This document shows positions 14,044 to 24,721 of a stretch of DNA of 59,957 bases, piece after piece. The notes under the pieces were generated by a model that saw nothing but the letters and a program-made list of their open reading frames with translations, was not told the DNA's origin and made no database searches. Numbering within the stretch: the first letter of the stretch is position 1; every line of letters starts with the position of its first letter. A program made the position numbers and the translations under genes. Origin of the DNA: Acidobacteriaceae bacterium (GTDB lineage: Bacteria; Acidobacteriota; Terriglobia; Bryobacterales; Bryobacteraceae); the NCBI GenBank assembly GCA_019243205.1, contig JAFAUR010000176.1, positions 1-59,957 of the forward strand, given 5' to 3'.

Positions 14044-15732
14044 CTAGCTGACAAGGTCTTCGGGAGATTGTTCGGCGAGTAAACCGAGATGGCGAAGCAC
14101 GCGCCGAATTTTCTTTGGTGAAACCGCGAGCTTGTGAGCGACACGAGAGACCTTCCGCCCTTCGCGCTCCCAGACCCGCCGGATGAGCAGCTCTTCGAAC
14201 TCTGCGACGACATCGCCCAAGGACTTGTCTCCGATAGAGCCTTCCGACCAGGCGCGGAGATTCGGATCCTCGACACCGGCGTGAAGAATTTTGGCGCGGA
14301 GGAGTTCGATCTCCTGCCAGAGCGCATCGTGGCGATCTCCGTCGAGGAACGATTCAGCGCGATCGCAGCAGGCCCTGGCTGCTTCTATGTTGTGAAAAAA
14401 TCCGCTCACGAACGTGAGGCCCTGGCAGATGTAGGCCTGCGCCAGAAGCCGGCGACTTTCGGTGCGCTGCCCGAATGCGACAGCTTCTTTGGCGCAATCG
14501 TGAGCGAGCTGGGCGAAGCGGCTGGGATCCTCCTCGTCACTGATGTCCTCTTCATAGCGAGCGTGAGCCGTCATGGCCTGCACGATGCGCGCGCGACACA
14601 TCAGTACATAGTCGGCTTTTGCGGCGCCAAGCTGAAACGCTTCGGCGGCTCGCTCCTCGGCTTCATCCAGATTCCCGAGATCGAGCTGGATCTGCGCCTG
14701 ATTCACCGCGACGTTGCCTGCACCGTGGTGATTCCCCAGGCGCTTATAAATTACGTCGGCCTGCGAGAGGTCGGTTTGAGCGTTCCGCAGTAGGTCGTGC
14801 ATGCGCTCCAGCTGCCCGGCTTTATCGTTTCCGTCAACCAGAGTTCGAGGCGCGCCCAGCGCACGCTGCCGTTCCCACCGGGCATCGATGTTCCGGCGCA
14901 ATTGCAGGGCGAGGAAGCGTTTCGATTGCGCAATATTGGTTAGAGACCGAGCGAGATAGCCGCCCAACGACTGACGGCGCTCAAAGAGACTGATGGAGCG
15001 TTCGAAGTATTTGAGGGCATGGTCGTAGCGGCCTTCACGCAGGGCAATTCGTCCGTAAGTGGACTGAATATTACCCAGAGTAATGAAGTCATCGGTATCA
15101 CTGAGTACCGCTTCCGCTTCCGTGAGAATCTTCAATGATTCCGCAGTTTCGCCTTTCTGGAACAGTAGCCAGCTTTCGAGGGTTCGAATGACGGCCGCGA
15201 TGTACGGGAGGTTGGCGCGTGAGGCAAGGTCGATGCCGCGCCGGGTAATTTCCTCGGCCTGATCGTACTCGCCTGCCTTGCGCAGGCAACGGGCTTTCCA
15301 GAGAATCGCGACGGCGGTGATCCGGGGCTCTCCCAAATCTTCGCCCAAAACGAGTGCCGTTTCAAAATGGCGTAGGGAATCCGACAGATTCTCCCTGCGC
15401 ATAGCAACCAATCCCTCGGCGAGCCGGAGATGGACGTAATCGCCGAGGGCGAGTGCCGCCCGGTCGCAGCGTTCGAATTCCGGAAGGAGCCGAACGAGGA
15501 GCCCGCCGTCATCGAAACCGACATCCATCCATTGCGCGAGGCATCCGAGCGCTACGCCAGACCCCTGTTCGCGGGGGCGAAGTGTTGCGAACTCAGCCAC
15601 ATGCGACTGAAGAAGGGCGATGCCGCTACCAATCTGGCGCTCCTGGATCAAAGTGCGGAGCCTGGCGAGGAGTTCAGGTGACGGCATGGTCTCGAGGCAA
15701 ATCTGCGGAGTCGCCCGATACGGAACGGACAA
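14044..15732 (-). CDS. TPR-like repeat protein with C-terminal Fis-type helix-turn-helix (putative transcriptional regulator)
   Basis: Long helical-repeat body. The C-terminus [27 protein letters not shown] resembles Fis/NtrC-family HTH domains. Confidence 0.65.
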   Translation of the reverse strand: MSVPYRATPQICLETMPSPELLARLRTLIQERQIGSGIALLQSHVAEFATLRPREQGSGVALGCLAQWMDVGFDDGGLLVRLLPEFERCDRAALALGDYVHLRLAEGLVAMRRENLSDSLRHFETALVLGEDLGEPRITAVAILWKARCLRKAGEYDQAEEITRRGIDLASRANLPYIAAVIRTLESWLLFQKGETAESLKILTEAEAVLSDTDDFITLGNIQSTYGRIALREGRYDHALKYFERSISLFERRQSLGGYLARSLTNIAQSKRFLALQLRRNIDARWERQRALGAPRTLVDGNDKAGQLERMHDLLRNAQTDLSQADVIYKRLGNHHGAGNVAVNQAQIQLDLGNLDEAEERAAEAFQLGAAKADYVLMCRARIVQAMTAHARYEEDISDEEDPSRFAQLAHDCAKEAVAFGQRTESRRLLAQAYICQGLTFVSGFFHNIEAARACCDRAESFLDGDRHDALWQEIELLRAKILHAGVEDPNLRAWSEGSIGDKSLGDVVAEFEELLIRRVWEREGRKVSRVAHKLAVSPKKIRRVLRHLGLLAEQSPEDLVS

Positions 15733-15799
15733 GTGATCCGATGCGGACTACCTCGTTTGAAGATTATGGCAAATCGAGCGAGACTACGTTAGGGAATTC

Positions 15800-16522
15800 A
15801 TGATCGGACGCAGCGAAGTGATCATCTTTCTGGGACCCCCCGGAGCCGGCAAAGGGACGCAGGCGGGACGAATCGCCTCGATGCTGGGAGTCCCGGCGAT
15901 CTCTACCGGTGAGATGTTGCGGGAAGAGTGCCGGTCGGGTTCGGAACTGGGAGAAGCAGTATCGAAGATCATCGCTTCCGGAAAGCTGGTTAGCGATGGC
16001 GTTGTAAATCAAATCGTCTCGAAACGGCTGGAGCGTCCCGACTGCGAGACGGGCTGTATCCTTGATGGTTATCCAAGAACAGTGGAACAGGCTCGTTTTC
16101 TTGACCGACTTTTAAGAAAACGCGGCGTGGCGCCACCGACCGTGATCGACTTCGATGTCGATTGCCAAGCCATTCTGGCGAGACTTGGCGGACGCCGCCA
16201 ATGCGTAAAGTGCGGCAAGATCTTCAGTTTCGGCCAGGCGGCAGGTAGCGTTCAACTGTTTTGCGACCTGGACGGTAATCCGCTCGTTACGCGCGAGGAT
16301 GACAGTCAGGAAGTGGTCGGAGAGCGGTTGAGAGTGTATGCTCGCAGTACTCTGCCCTTGGTCCGTTACTATCGCCAACGGAAGTACCACAGGATCCAGG
16401 CTGTCAAAGAGCCCGAAGCAGTAACAGCGGAGATATTGTCATTGCTGTCGGCCGGTCGTCGTCCCGTGCGTCGAACGCCCGCGAACCGCAGACTTACATT
16501 TGCCGCTGGTCTCCACGCTTGA
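15800..16522 (+). CDS. adk: adenylate kinase
   Basis: P-loop IIFLGPPGAGKGTQ, ILDGYPRT, and a Cys-containing lid CVKCGKIF..C. It has an unusually long basic C-terminal tail. Confidence 0.9.
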   Translation: MIGRSEVIIFLGPPGAGKGTQAGRIASMLGVPAISTGEMLREECRSGSELGEAVSKIIASGKLVSDGVVNQIVSKRLERPDCETGCILDGYPRTVEQARFLDRLLRKRGVAPPTVIDFDVDCQAILARLGGRRQCVKCGKIFSFGQAAGSVQLFCDLDGNPLVTREDDSQEVVGERLRVYARSTLPLVRYYRQRKYHRIQAVKEPEAVTAEILSLLSAGRRPVRRTPANRRLTFAAGLHA

Positions 16523-16662
16523 GAGCTTAACGTCGATTCGCTCCGCTTTGGATGAGGCAGTTGCAACTAAACCGGCGTCAATGCTTCGGCATGCTTGCCC
16601 CGAGTAATAGCACTGTACTCATTTGAGCGAGCCAAATTTATGGTAAGAGTGTATAAACACTC

Positions 16663-17013
16663 ATGCTGCGATCGTTTCTTCGGCAAGTCTGTCGTCATGC
16701 TCAGGGCAGAGTTGTTATGGCGGGTGCAATCGGTGTTCTTTCCGGCATCGAATGCCTGATGTCAGCGAAGAAGACCGTTCCTCCTGCGGTTGCAAATGTC
16801 CCGATCGATGAAGTACCGAAGGCACGAACCCGCTGCTTCGAGATCCGCCGAACGAAATCGGAACTCGGATATACGTACTGGGTCCTTCGGGGTTTCGGGG
16901 CTTTCCGTTGCTTTGAACTTCACGACACTTGGCAGGAAGCAATGAACGAGGCAACGGGTCGATTGGAAACTGCTGCGAGTGTTCCACCGACAGTGAGTGC
17001 CGTAGCGGTCTAG
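16663..17013 (+). CDS. hypothetical small protein
   Basis: 116-aa ORF in an otherwise empty interval. No recognisable motif. An internal start at MSAKK is possible. Confidence 0.3.
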   Translation: MLRSFLRQVCRHAQGRVVMAGAIGVLSGIECLMSAKKTVPPAVANVPIDEVPKARTRCFEIRRTKSELGYTYWVLRGFGAFRCFELHDTWQEAMNEATGRLETAASVPPTVSAVAV

Positions 17014-17192
17014 CTCGCTCGCTTGTGCCGCCGTTTCCTAGACGGTTGGAGTGTGCTCATCAAGCGCCAGGCCGGTCTGTTTTGTATAGCACTCCTGCAT
17101 AATGGTTGTCACCGCATAGTCGGGAAGATCTGCGACCGCTAACCGGATTACGTAAACGGTTCGAGCGTCTTCATAAACCAGAGGAGAAAAGA

Positions 17193-18809
17193 ATGGGTAA
17201 TCTTCGTGTTGCGATTGCCGGAATCGCCATCTGTTTCGCAGTGGAACTGGCGCAGGGGCAAGCGCAGCAAAACAGACCGTCGCAAGCCGGCGACCAGGTG
17301 ACAACTCCGGCCGCACAGCGGCCGCAGCAGTTTGGCCAGCAGCAACGCACGCAGTTGCCGGCTGAATCGCAACCGCAACTACAGCCGCAAGAGCAGGGTC
17401 GCGCGGCCCAGGAGCGACGAGGCCGGCCCCCAGAAGAGAAGTCCTCCGTCACGCATCACACGGCACGCGTCGGCGGTCAACAGATTCCATATACGGCGAC
17501 GGCGGCAACGTACGTGATTCGCGCCGACGACGGCACTCCGAAAGCGACGTTCTTCTTTGTCGCGTACACGAAGGAGAACGTTGCGGACCCGTCGCGGCGT
17601 CCGCTTTCGTTCGTCTATAACGGTGGCCCGGGATCGGCCTCGTTATTCACACATATGGGTTTGGGTCCACGACGCGTGGTCCTGCAGCCAGACGGGCAGG
17701 GAACGCCGGCGCCTTATGAGATAGAAGACAATCGCGATTCCTTCCTGGATGCGACAGACATGGTGTTCGTCGACGCGATCTCGACGGGATACAGCCGTCC
17801 GGCCCCGGGTGAAGCTGTCAATCAGTTTCACGGAGTCATCGAAGATGCGAACTGGTTTGCGGATTTCATTTATGAGTACGTCACCCGGAACAGCCGGTGG
17901 GCTTCGCCGAAATATCTTATCGGCGAAAGCTACGGAACCACGAGGTCAGCTGAACTTTCGGGCGTGCTGCAGCAAAGGCATGAAATCTATCTGAACGGCA
18001 TCGTCCTGCTGTCTTCAGTTGCCTTTGCGAACTGGGGCGCCGATGACCGGTCAGTCTTTTTTCTGCCGACGTATGTAACAACAGCCTGGTATCATCACCT
18101 GCTGCCCCCCGATCTGCAGAAACTGACAGTTGATCAAGTGGCGGAGAAGGCCCGCGACTTCGCGCATGGAGAGTATGCGCAAGCTCTCGAAAAGGGCGAT
18201 CGTTTATCGCCAGAGGAATACAAGAAAGTAGTGGCGGATGTCGCACGTTATACCGGACTGAGCCAGAAATATGTAGAGGAGACCAATCTGCGGATCAGCC
18301 CCTTCCGCTGGTTCAAAGAACTCGAAAGGGACAAGCGGCGCACCATCGGACGGTTGGATTCACGCTTTGAAGGTATGGAAGCGGATGCAGCCGGCGAGCG
18401 CGTGGAGTATGACGCGAGCGAAGCATCATACGAAGGTGCGTTTGTGGCGACCTTTCAGGACTACGTACGGCGGGAGCTCAAGTGGGACAGCGACATGTAC
18501 TACACGGTGACCGCGCGGGTGCAGCCTTGGGATCAGACGGGCAACACGGCAGTCGCGGAAGTACTGCGGGCTGCGATGACCCAACAGACCTACCTGAAGG
18601 TCTTGGTTTTGTGCGGGTATTACGATGTCGCGACGCCGTTCAACGGTATTGAGCAGACCGTTAGCCACATGGGGCTCGAGCCGCCCGTTCGTAAGAACAT
18701 CAGCTTTGCATATTACGAGTCAGGGCATATGGTGTACATCGACCAAAAGGCGGACGATAAGCTGCACCGAGACGTCGACGAGTTTATTAATTCGACCTGT
18801 AAGCATTAG
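17193..18809 (+). CDS. peptidase S10 (serine carboxypeptidase) family, exported
   Basis: NGGPGSAS and GESYGTTR nucleophile motifs. The start is taken at MGNLRVAIAGIAICFAV (GGAGAA RBS). A Gln/Pro-rich linker follows the signal peptide. Confidence 0.85.
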   Translation: MGNLRVAIAGIAICFAVELAQGQAQQNRPSQAGDQVTTPAAQRPQQFGQQQRTQLPAESQPQLQPQEQGRAAQERRGRPPEEKSSVTHHTARVGGQQIPYTATAATYVIRADDGTPKATFFFVAYTKENVADPSRRPLSFVYNGGPGSASLFTHMGLGPRRVVLQPDGQGTPAPYEIEDNRDSFLDATDMVFVDAISTGYSRPAPGEAVNQFHGVIEDANWFADFIYEYVTRNSRWASPKYLIGESYGTTRSAELSGVLQQRHEIYLNGIVLLSSVAFANWGADDRSVFFLPTYVTTAWYHHLLPPDLQKLTVDQVAEKARDFAHGEYAQALEKGDRLSPEEYKKVVADVARYTGLSQKYVEETNLRISPFRWFKELERDKRRTIGRLDSRFEGMEADAAGERVEYDASEASYEGAFVATFQDYVRRELKWDSDMYYTVTARVQPWDQTGNTAVAEVLRAAMTQQTYLKVLVLCGYYDVATPFNGIEQTVSHMGLEPPVRKNISFAYYESGHMVYIDQKADDKLHRDVDEFINSTCKH

Positions 18810-18831
18810 ATTGCTGCGGCTCTTAGTAAGT

Positions 18832-18852
18832 CGTCGCGAGTCTTACTCGCGA
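18832..18852 (+). terminator. stem-loop just after the S10 peptidase stop (no U-tract)
   Basis: GTCGCGAGT-CTT-ACTCGCGAC is a perfect 9-bp stem with a 3-nt loop, 23 nt after the stop. It is followed by AAAATA rather than a T-run, so intrinsic-terminator function is uncertain. Confidence 0.35.
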
Positions 18853-19518
18853 CAAAATACGCGATCGTTTGTTGTGCATGCGATTTGCGGGGCATATCTG
18901 CTGAGTTACGCCGAGATGCCCCGCGAAGTGAACCCGAAGCGCAGCTGATAGCGGCGCGGCCTTGCAACAATAACAGCACTGTTCCTCCCGCTCAGCGAGT
19001 TGATCGCCGATTTCACCCGTGCCATCGATCCGCATACGTGCAGGTTTGAGTTCCGTTGAGATTCCAAGATTTCAGTCGTAAGAGCAGCCCGATGCGCGGT
19101 GATCATACCGCGCCGTAACCCGGTTGTCGGCCGGCCACGGCAATCAGGTAAAGATATTGTCCGTTCTGCGACACGCCAACAGATACGGACCATCCCGTTC
19201 GCGACCGACAGTCCGATGAGATTTCCCGGTCCCGCCGTTGCCACTACGTTGGAAAGCAGTTCGAGTGCACCCGAAGCTGCGTTCCAGAGGACGAACCCGA
19301 GGCTGGTATTAAAGCGGTGCTCGGCTCACGCGTACAAATTCGAGCGGCGAGGGTGAGCGAAATGGCGTTCGCATGCAAGCACATGGTTAGGAAGATCAAC
19401 GTGTCAGCAATTAGATCACCAGAGAGGCGGTCTGAGTAGTCGATCCCTGCTAGGAATGTTTGCAACCGAATTTCAGGTATCGTAGTCGTACCTGCAGATT
19501 TTTTGCAGGGGGGACATT

Positions 19519-22500
19519 ATGAATTGGTCAGCAAGGACGTTTCGGGAGTTGCTGATAACGGTTGCCTTCTTGATAATTCTAGGGGCAAGCGCGATCCCGG
19601 TTTGGGCTCAATACCGCGCCAGCCTGCAAGGCACCATTACGGACCCGCAAGGCGATGTCGTGCCGGGCGCGAAGATCACGCTTACGAGTACCGAGACAAA
19701 CATTGCGAAAACCGTAACCAGCAGTGGCAGCGGCGTTTACTCCGTTACAGGCTTGGCTCCGGGAACTTATGACTTGGTCGTGGAGAAGCAAGGATTCGCC
19801 AAACAGACGCTGAACGGCATTCGCATCACATCCGAACAGGCGCAAGGCCAGGACGTGCAGCTGCAACTTGAGAATCAGAGTGTTGAGACGGTAACGGTAA
19901 GCGCAAACGTGGAGCCCGCTATTGATACGGAAAATGCGAACATTGCGGGCACGATTTCCAGCCGAGAGCTGCAAGCTTTGCCGACTTTTGGGCGCGACCC
20001 GTTTCAGGTCGCCCAGTTGGCGCCAGGAACATTCGGGGATAACTCGCGAGCGGCAAGCGGAACTGGTGCGAACAATCTGCCTGGGAATGCAGGACCAGGT
20101 GGCACGAGCGGAACTTCGAGCATCTTTTCGACCGAAAACCAGGTTCAGATTTCCGCCAATGGAACTCGCACCAACTCGAACAGCTATCAGGTGGATGGTG
20201 TCTCTGTAAACAGCCTTGCCTGGGGCGGTGCTGCTGTTATTACTCCGAACGAAGAATCGGTGAAAGAAGTCACCGTGCAATCCAATCCCTACAGCGCCGA
20301 GAACGGTCGCAACAGCGGCGCGCAGGTGCTGGTAGTGTCGCAAAACGGAACCAACCAGTTCCACGGCAGCGCGTTATTCAAAGCGGACCGGCCCGGTTTG
20401 AATGCGTATCAGCGTTACAACGGTCCAAACAATCTGCCGCAGCGCGATAATGACCGGTTCAATCAATGGGCCGGAAGCTTAGGCGGTCCCATCGTCAAGA
20501 ATCATCTGTTCTTTTTCTTCTCTTACGAAACTCTGCGGAACAGCTCTTTCAGCACCGGCCTGAACTGGTACGAGACCCCTCAATTCTTGAGTCTTGTAAA
20601 GAGCGCGTCACCGAACAGTATCGGGGCGAAGTTGGCCGGGTATCCGGGGGAAGGCGTCAGCTACAACGCCATTGTGCCGAAGACCTGCGCCGATGCCGGC
20701 CTGCCTAATCCGAATCAGTGCCAGGCAATTTTTTCGAACGGCCAATATCAGGGCTTGGACATCGGATCGCCCCTCAAAGGTGTCGGGTTAGGCGTTGCTG
20801 ACCCCAGCTACGTGAGCAATGGTACGCCGGGTATCGGCGGGGGCTTGGATGGTATTCCCGATGTGTTCTACGTTCAGACGGTCAATCCGACCACTCAGGC
20901 TCCGGAACAATATAACGGACGCATCGATTTCCAGGCAACCAGCAAAGACCTGATCGCCTTCACTACGTATTACGTTCCGAACGACAGCACTTCTTATAAC
21001 GGCCCCGTCCGAGCTGCGAATCTGTGGCATAGCAATCGGCTGAACGAGACGGCGGCTCTTCTATGGGACCGCACGGTGACTGCCACGATTCTCAACGAAG
21101 CGCGCTTCAACGTGACCCGCTGGAAGTTCGATGAGATCGCGAGCAACCCGCAAGAGCCGTGGGGACTTCCGCAGGCACAGGTAGACAATGCAGGAAATGC
21201 TACCATCTCGGGTCAATACCTTGGTGCACCCGGCCCAGGCGTGTTTGCACAAACGACATATAACTTCCGCGACACCGCCACGATGGTATTTGGAAACCAC
21301 TCGATCAAGGTCGGGCCCGATCTGTATTGGGAGCAAGACGCGGATACGCTTGCCGGAAACGCGCGGCCGAATTACTACTTCCGGAACCTGTGGGACTTTG
21401 CAAACGATGCTCCCTATCAGGAATTCGGAAATTTCGATCCAAAGACCGGTCAGCCCACCAGCGCCACCAAGTACATCCGCTCCGGCATTTTCGCGGGCTT
21501 CATCCAGGATGACTATCGCGCTAGGCCGAATCTGACGCTAAATCTCGGACTGCGTTGGGAATACTTCCAGCCGGTGCACGAAAAATATAACAACTTCAGC
21601 AACATTGTTTTGGGTGCCGGTTCGGACCCGCTAACTGGCGCGCGCCTTAAAGTAGGCGGTGACCTATATCAACCGAAGTACAACAACTGGGGCCCGCAGG
21701 TCGGTTTTGCGTGGCGTCCGAATCCCAACAGCCAACGGTTTGTTGTCCGCGGCGGTTTCGGCATCGGATACAACCGTGAAGAGCAGGCAATCACATTGAA
21801 CGGGCGCGCTAATCCTCCGCTAGTAAGCGCGTTTACGCTGACCGGAAACCAGGTCCTGTATCAGGTGCCTGGAAACGTCAACCAGTTTTACGGATGGCCG
21901 GTGAATCAAAACGCAAAATTGACGATCGATCCGAATACAAATCTGCCGCTCGTTGGCGCTGGCGTTACCATCAACGGCTTTCCGCAGAACCTGCCGACCA
22001 CGTACACGTTCAGGTACTCGTTGGACACGCAATACGATCTCGGCGGGAACTGGGTGGCGAAGCTGGGATACCAGGGTAGTTCGACGCGTCACTACGCTCG
22101 CCAAAACAATCTCAACTTGATCTATCAGCCGCTCAATCCGCAGATCCAAACCCTCTATTACTTCACCAACGATGCGAACTCCAGTTACAACGCGATGCTC
22201 GCGGAATTAGAGCACCGCTTTGCTCACAATTTCCAAATGGATTTCCAATATCGCTGGGCCCACGCGATCGATGTTGGGTCGAACGATTATTACATCGGCT
22301 ACTATCCCTACGGGTTGCAGTATCTGCGTGGTTCGGCAGATTATGACGTTCGCCATCTGTTCAAACTCTATGGGGTTTACAGCCCGACTTTATTTGCGAA
22401 CGGCCACGGCTGGAAGTCCATGGTGTTTGGAGGCTGGCAGGTGTCCGGCATTTTCAACTACCACACCGGTTTCCCGTGGACGCCTCGTTATGCGAATACC

Positions 22501-22992
22501 GGATGTAATGTAGTCTATCAAGGCAGCGGATACTGTAATCTGTATCCTGCGGGTTACTCAGGCGGTGCTGGAACGGATTACAGCAACTCTACCTTCGAGA
22601 AGCCAAACGGAAACTTCCCGAATGGCGCGCTGGCCTACTTCACCGTGCCGACATTTCAGACGGCAACTTTCCCGGCTTCCGGTGGACCACCTCCGGTTCC
22701 CTCCGTCGGACGGAATTTATTGAGGGGCCCGAATTACTTCGACATCGACATGACACTGCAGAAATCCTTCGGCCTTCCGAAGCTGCCCATCTTCGGCGAA
22801 AATGCCCGGTTCGAATTCCGTGCGAACGCATACAATCTGTTCAACAAGACCAATCTGCTTACGATGGGGCTGAGCGGATTCCAGAACGACGTCATCAGCA
22901 CGAACGGAACCACCAGCAATCCGATCTTCGGCCAGGCGCAGCAGGCGTTGAGTGGACGTATCATTGAACTGCAGGCCCGGTTTAGTTTCTAG
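19519..22992 (+). CDS. TonB-dependent receptor with N-terminal carboxypeptidase-regulatory-like domain
   Basis: 1157 aa. Signal peptide, then LQGTITDPQGDVVPGAKITLT..YSVTGLAPGTYDLVVEKQGF (CarboxypepD_reg-like), a plug and a long beta-barrel ending in the aromatic RFSF. Confidence 0.9.
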   Translation: MNWSARTFRELLITVAFLIILGASAIPVWAQYRASLQGTITDPQGDVVPGAKITLTSTETNIAKTVTSSGSGVYSVTGLAPGTYDLVVEKQGFAKQTLNGIRITSEQAQGQDVQLQLENQSVETVTVSANVEPAIDTENANIAGTISSRELQALPTFGRDPFQVAQLAPGTFGDNSRAASGTGANNLPGNAGPGGTSGTSSIFSTENQVQISANGTRTNSNSYQVDGVSVNSLAWGGAAVITPNEESVKEVTVQSNPYSAENGRNSGAQVLVVSQNGTNQFHGSALFKADRPGLNAYQRYNGPNNLPQRDNDRFNQWAGSLGGPIVKNHLFFFFSYETLRNSSFSTGLNWYETPQFLSLVKSASPNSIGAKLAGYPGEGVSYNAIVPKTCADAGLPNPNQCQAIFSNGQYQGLDIGSPLKGVGLGVADPSYVSNGTPGIGGGLDGIPDVFYVQTVNPTTQAPEQYNGRIDFQATSKDLIAFTTYYVPNDSTSYNGPVRAANLWHSNRLNETAALLWDRTVTATILNEARFNVTRWKFDEIASNPQEPWGLPQAQVDNAGNATISGQYLGAPGPGVFAQTTYNFRDTATMVFGNHSIKVGPDLYWEQDADTLAGNARPNYYFRNLWDFANDAPYQEFGNFDPKTGQPTSATKYIRSGIFAGFIQDDYRARPNLTLNLGLRWEYFQPVHEKYNNFSNIVLGAGSDPLTGARLKVGGDLYQPKYNNWGPQVGFAWRPNPNSQRFVVRGGFGIGYNREEQAITLNGRANPPLVSAFTLTGNQVLYQVPGNVNQFYGWPVNQNAKLTIDPNTNLPLVGAGVTINGFPQNLPTTYTFRYSLDTQYDLGGNWVAKLGYQGSSTRHYARQNNLNLIYQPLNPQIQTLYYFTNDANSSYNAMLAELEHRFAHNFQMDFQYRWAHAIDVGSNDYYIGYYPYGLQYLRGSADYDVRHLFKLYGVYSPTLFANGHGWKSMVFGGWQVSGIFNYHTGFPWTPRYANTGCNVVYQGSGYCNLYPAGYSGGAGTDYSNSTFEKPNGNFPNGALAYFTVPTFQTATFPASGGPPPVPSVGRNLLRGPNYFDIDMTLQKSFGLPKLPIFGENARFEFRANAYNLFNKTNLLTMGLSGFQNDVISTNGTTSNPIFGQAQQALSGRIIELQARFSF

Positions 22993-23009
22993 GGCCTCCG
23001 CTCTAGAGA

Positions 23010-23858
23010 ATGAATCGTAGATCTGTTTTGAAAATTGCAGCGGCGTCCCTCGCGGGTGCGCCCCTTGCCCATGCGCAGGAGATAAAACCGGGCCCGGCCC
23101 GCCAGGGTAGGTTGAAACAATCCGTCTGCCGTTGGTGCTACAAGGACATGAGCATCGACGACCTTTGCCGCAACAGCGTTGAGATGGGTTTGGTAGCCGT
23201 GGACCTTGTCGCGCCGAACGAGTGGCCAACTCTCAAAAAGTACGGCTTGGTTTCTTCGATGGTTTATAGCGGCGCCACGATCCCCGAGGGCTGGAATCGC
23301 AAGGAAAACCATGACCGCCTTATAAAAGAGATGCAAGCGGGCATTGAACGCGCCGCTGCCAACAAACTGCCCAACGTGATCACGTTCTCGGGCAACCGGC
23401 GCGGCATGTCAGACGAAGAGGGCAAGGAAAACTGCATCCTCGGATTGCGCCGCGTCAGCAAGATGGCGGAGGACGCTAACGTCATCATCAATATGGAGCT
23501 GCTGAACAGCAAGGTGAATCATCCCGATTACATGTGCGACCACACGGCCTGGGGTGTTGCTGTCGTGAAAGGGGTCGGCTCACCGAACGTGAAATTGCTG
23601 TACGACATCTATCACATGCAAATCATGGAGGGCGACATCATTCGCACCATCCGTGACAACATTCAATACCTCGGTCACTTCCACACCGGCGGAGTCCCCG
23701 GGCGTCATGAGTTGGACGATACCCAGGAGCTGCAATGGCGAACTATCGCCAAGGCCATCGCCGACTTAAATTTCCAGGGCTATTTCGCGCATGAGTTCGT
23801 TCCTACGCACGATCCGATGACATCGTTGCGGCAAGCTGCCGAACTCTGTACGGTTTAG
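23010..23858 (+). CDS. hydroxypyruvate isomerase-like sugar phosphate isomerase/epimerase (xylose-isomerase-like TIM barrel), Tat-type signal
   Basis: MNRRSVLKIAAASLAGAPLAHAQ signal. NMELLNSKVNHPDY..LLYDIYHMQIMEGD..GHFHTGG motifs are typical of the Hyi family. Confidence 0.85.
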   Translation: MNRRSVLKIAAASLAGAPLAHAQEIKPGPARQGRLKQSVCRWCYKDMSIDDLCRNSVEMGLVAVDLVAPNEWPTLKKYGLVSSMVYSGATIPEGWNRKENHDRLIKEMQAGIERAAANKLPNVITFSGNRRGMSDEEGKENCILGLRRVSKMAEDANVIINMELLNSKVNHPDYMCDHTAWGVAVVKGVGSPNVKLLYDIYHMQIMEGDIIRTIRDNIQYLGHFHTGGVPGRHELDDTQELQWRTIAKAIADLNFQGYFAHEFVPTHDPMTSLRQAAELCTV

Positions 23859-23965
23859 CACATTCTAGGGCACCCCAAAAAACTCTCCTGTCGTTAGCTT
23901 TTGAATCTGCCCGGTTTTATTGACACCGTATCTGTCCGGTCAGGCCACTTTCGTTGCCTTGGGTT

Positions 23966-24721
23966 TTAGTTTACGCATAGTCGCAGTCGGACGCGTGGGA
24001 AAGTGGGAATCTCGCGGTTTGTTCGAGATTTCCAAGGTGCCTGTGGCGCCGTTTTTCCACCGTCTCGTTCGGCCTGGTGGGTACGCAGCAAGTGCGGTCC
24101 CCAACGCACGGACAAGTGGCCATCGAGATGCTCGCATACCATCACGGTGCAGCCGGCCAGCGTGTTGCGAAAACGTGTTTTATCCAACTGCAGGTAGCGG
24201 TTCTGCAGCACAATCGTGTTGTCCTGCGCAACTGTTCGCTCTGTCTGGATCGAGAACACCCAATTCAGATCTTTACGCGTGCACTTGCGGAATGCCGTCC
24301 CTTTCTCAGCCGCTGACTTGGCGAACTTGCGGTTGAACTCCGCCATATATCACTCGCGTAGAAATGGGTTGGCTTGCTCGAGAGTGCTGATTCCCGCCAA
24401 ACGCAGCTCTTGCGGCAACCGGTTCTGCCAGGTTCCGAAGCTACGTTCACAACGCCCCCGCGCTTGCGGCGAGTAGGCAGCGATCATCTGTACGCCGAGT
24501 TCTTTCATCGCTCCGCCCACTTGGGTGAGGCGGTGCGGATCCACCCTCTCGCCCGCCTTGCGCGTCACAAAGAAATGGCTGCCGCGATCGCTGTACAAAG
24601 AGCAGAACAGCCCTTCGGTTTCGATCACCTCGCGCAGCGCACTCATGACCGTGCGCGTGGACTCTTCCTCGACCAACTGTGCGTAGTAGATCTCGCTGGT
24701 GGCGTCATCCAGGATCACCAC
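23966..24721 (-). pseudogene. DDE (rve integrase-core) transposase remnant, ISNCY-like; N-terminally truncated with an in-frame TGA
   Basis: VVILDDATSEIYYAQLVEEEST..LYSDRGSHFF..AYSPQARGRCERSFGTWQNRLPQELRLAGI is an rve core. The mRNA reads CGC GAG TGA TAT ATG (R E stop Y M) with the TGA at 24350-24352. The same frame continues as MAEFNRKFAKSAAEKGTAF... Confidence 0.75.

Noticed and set aside
19213-19247. CCGATGAGATTTCCCGGTCCCGCCGTTGCCACTAC, which loosely resembles the cobalamin-riboswitch core (GGUGxGAAUCC...CCCGCCACUGU), upstream of a TonB-dependent receptor
   Set aside because: The GGGAA element and a proper B12 box (AGxCAGGAGACCUGCC) are missing. The CCCGCC/CCACT halves are separated by extra bases, and the receptor is not BtuB-like. 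A cmsearch with RF00174 would settle it. I treat it as not supported.
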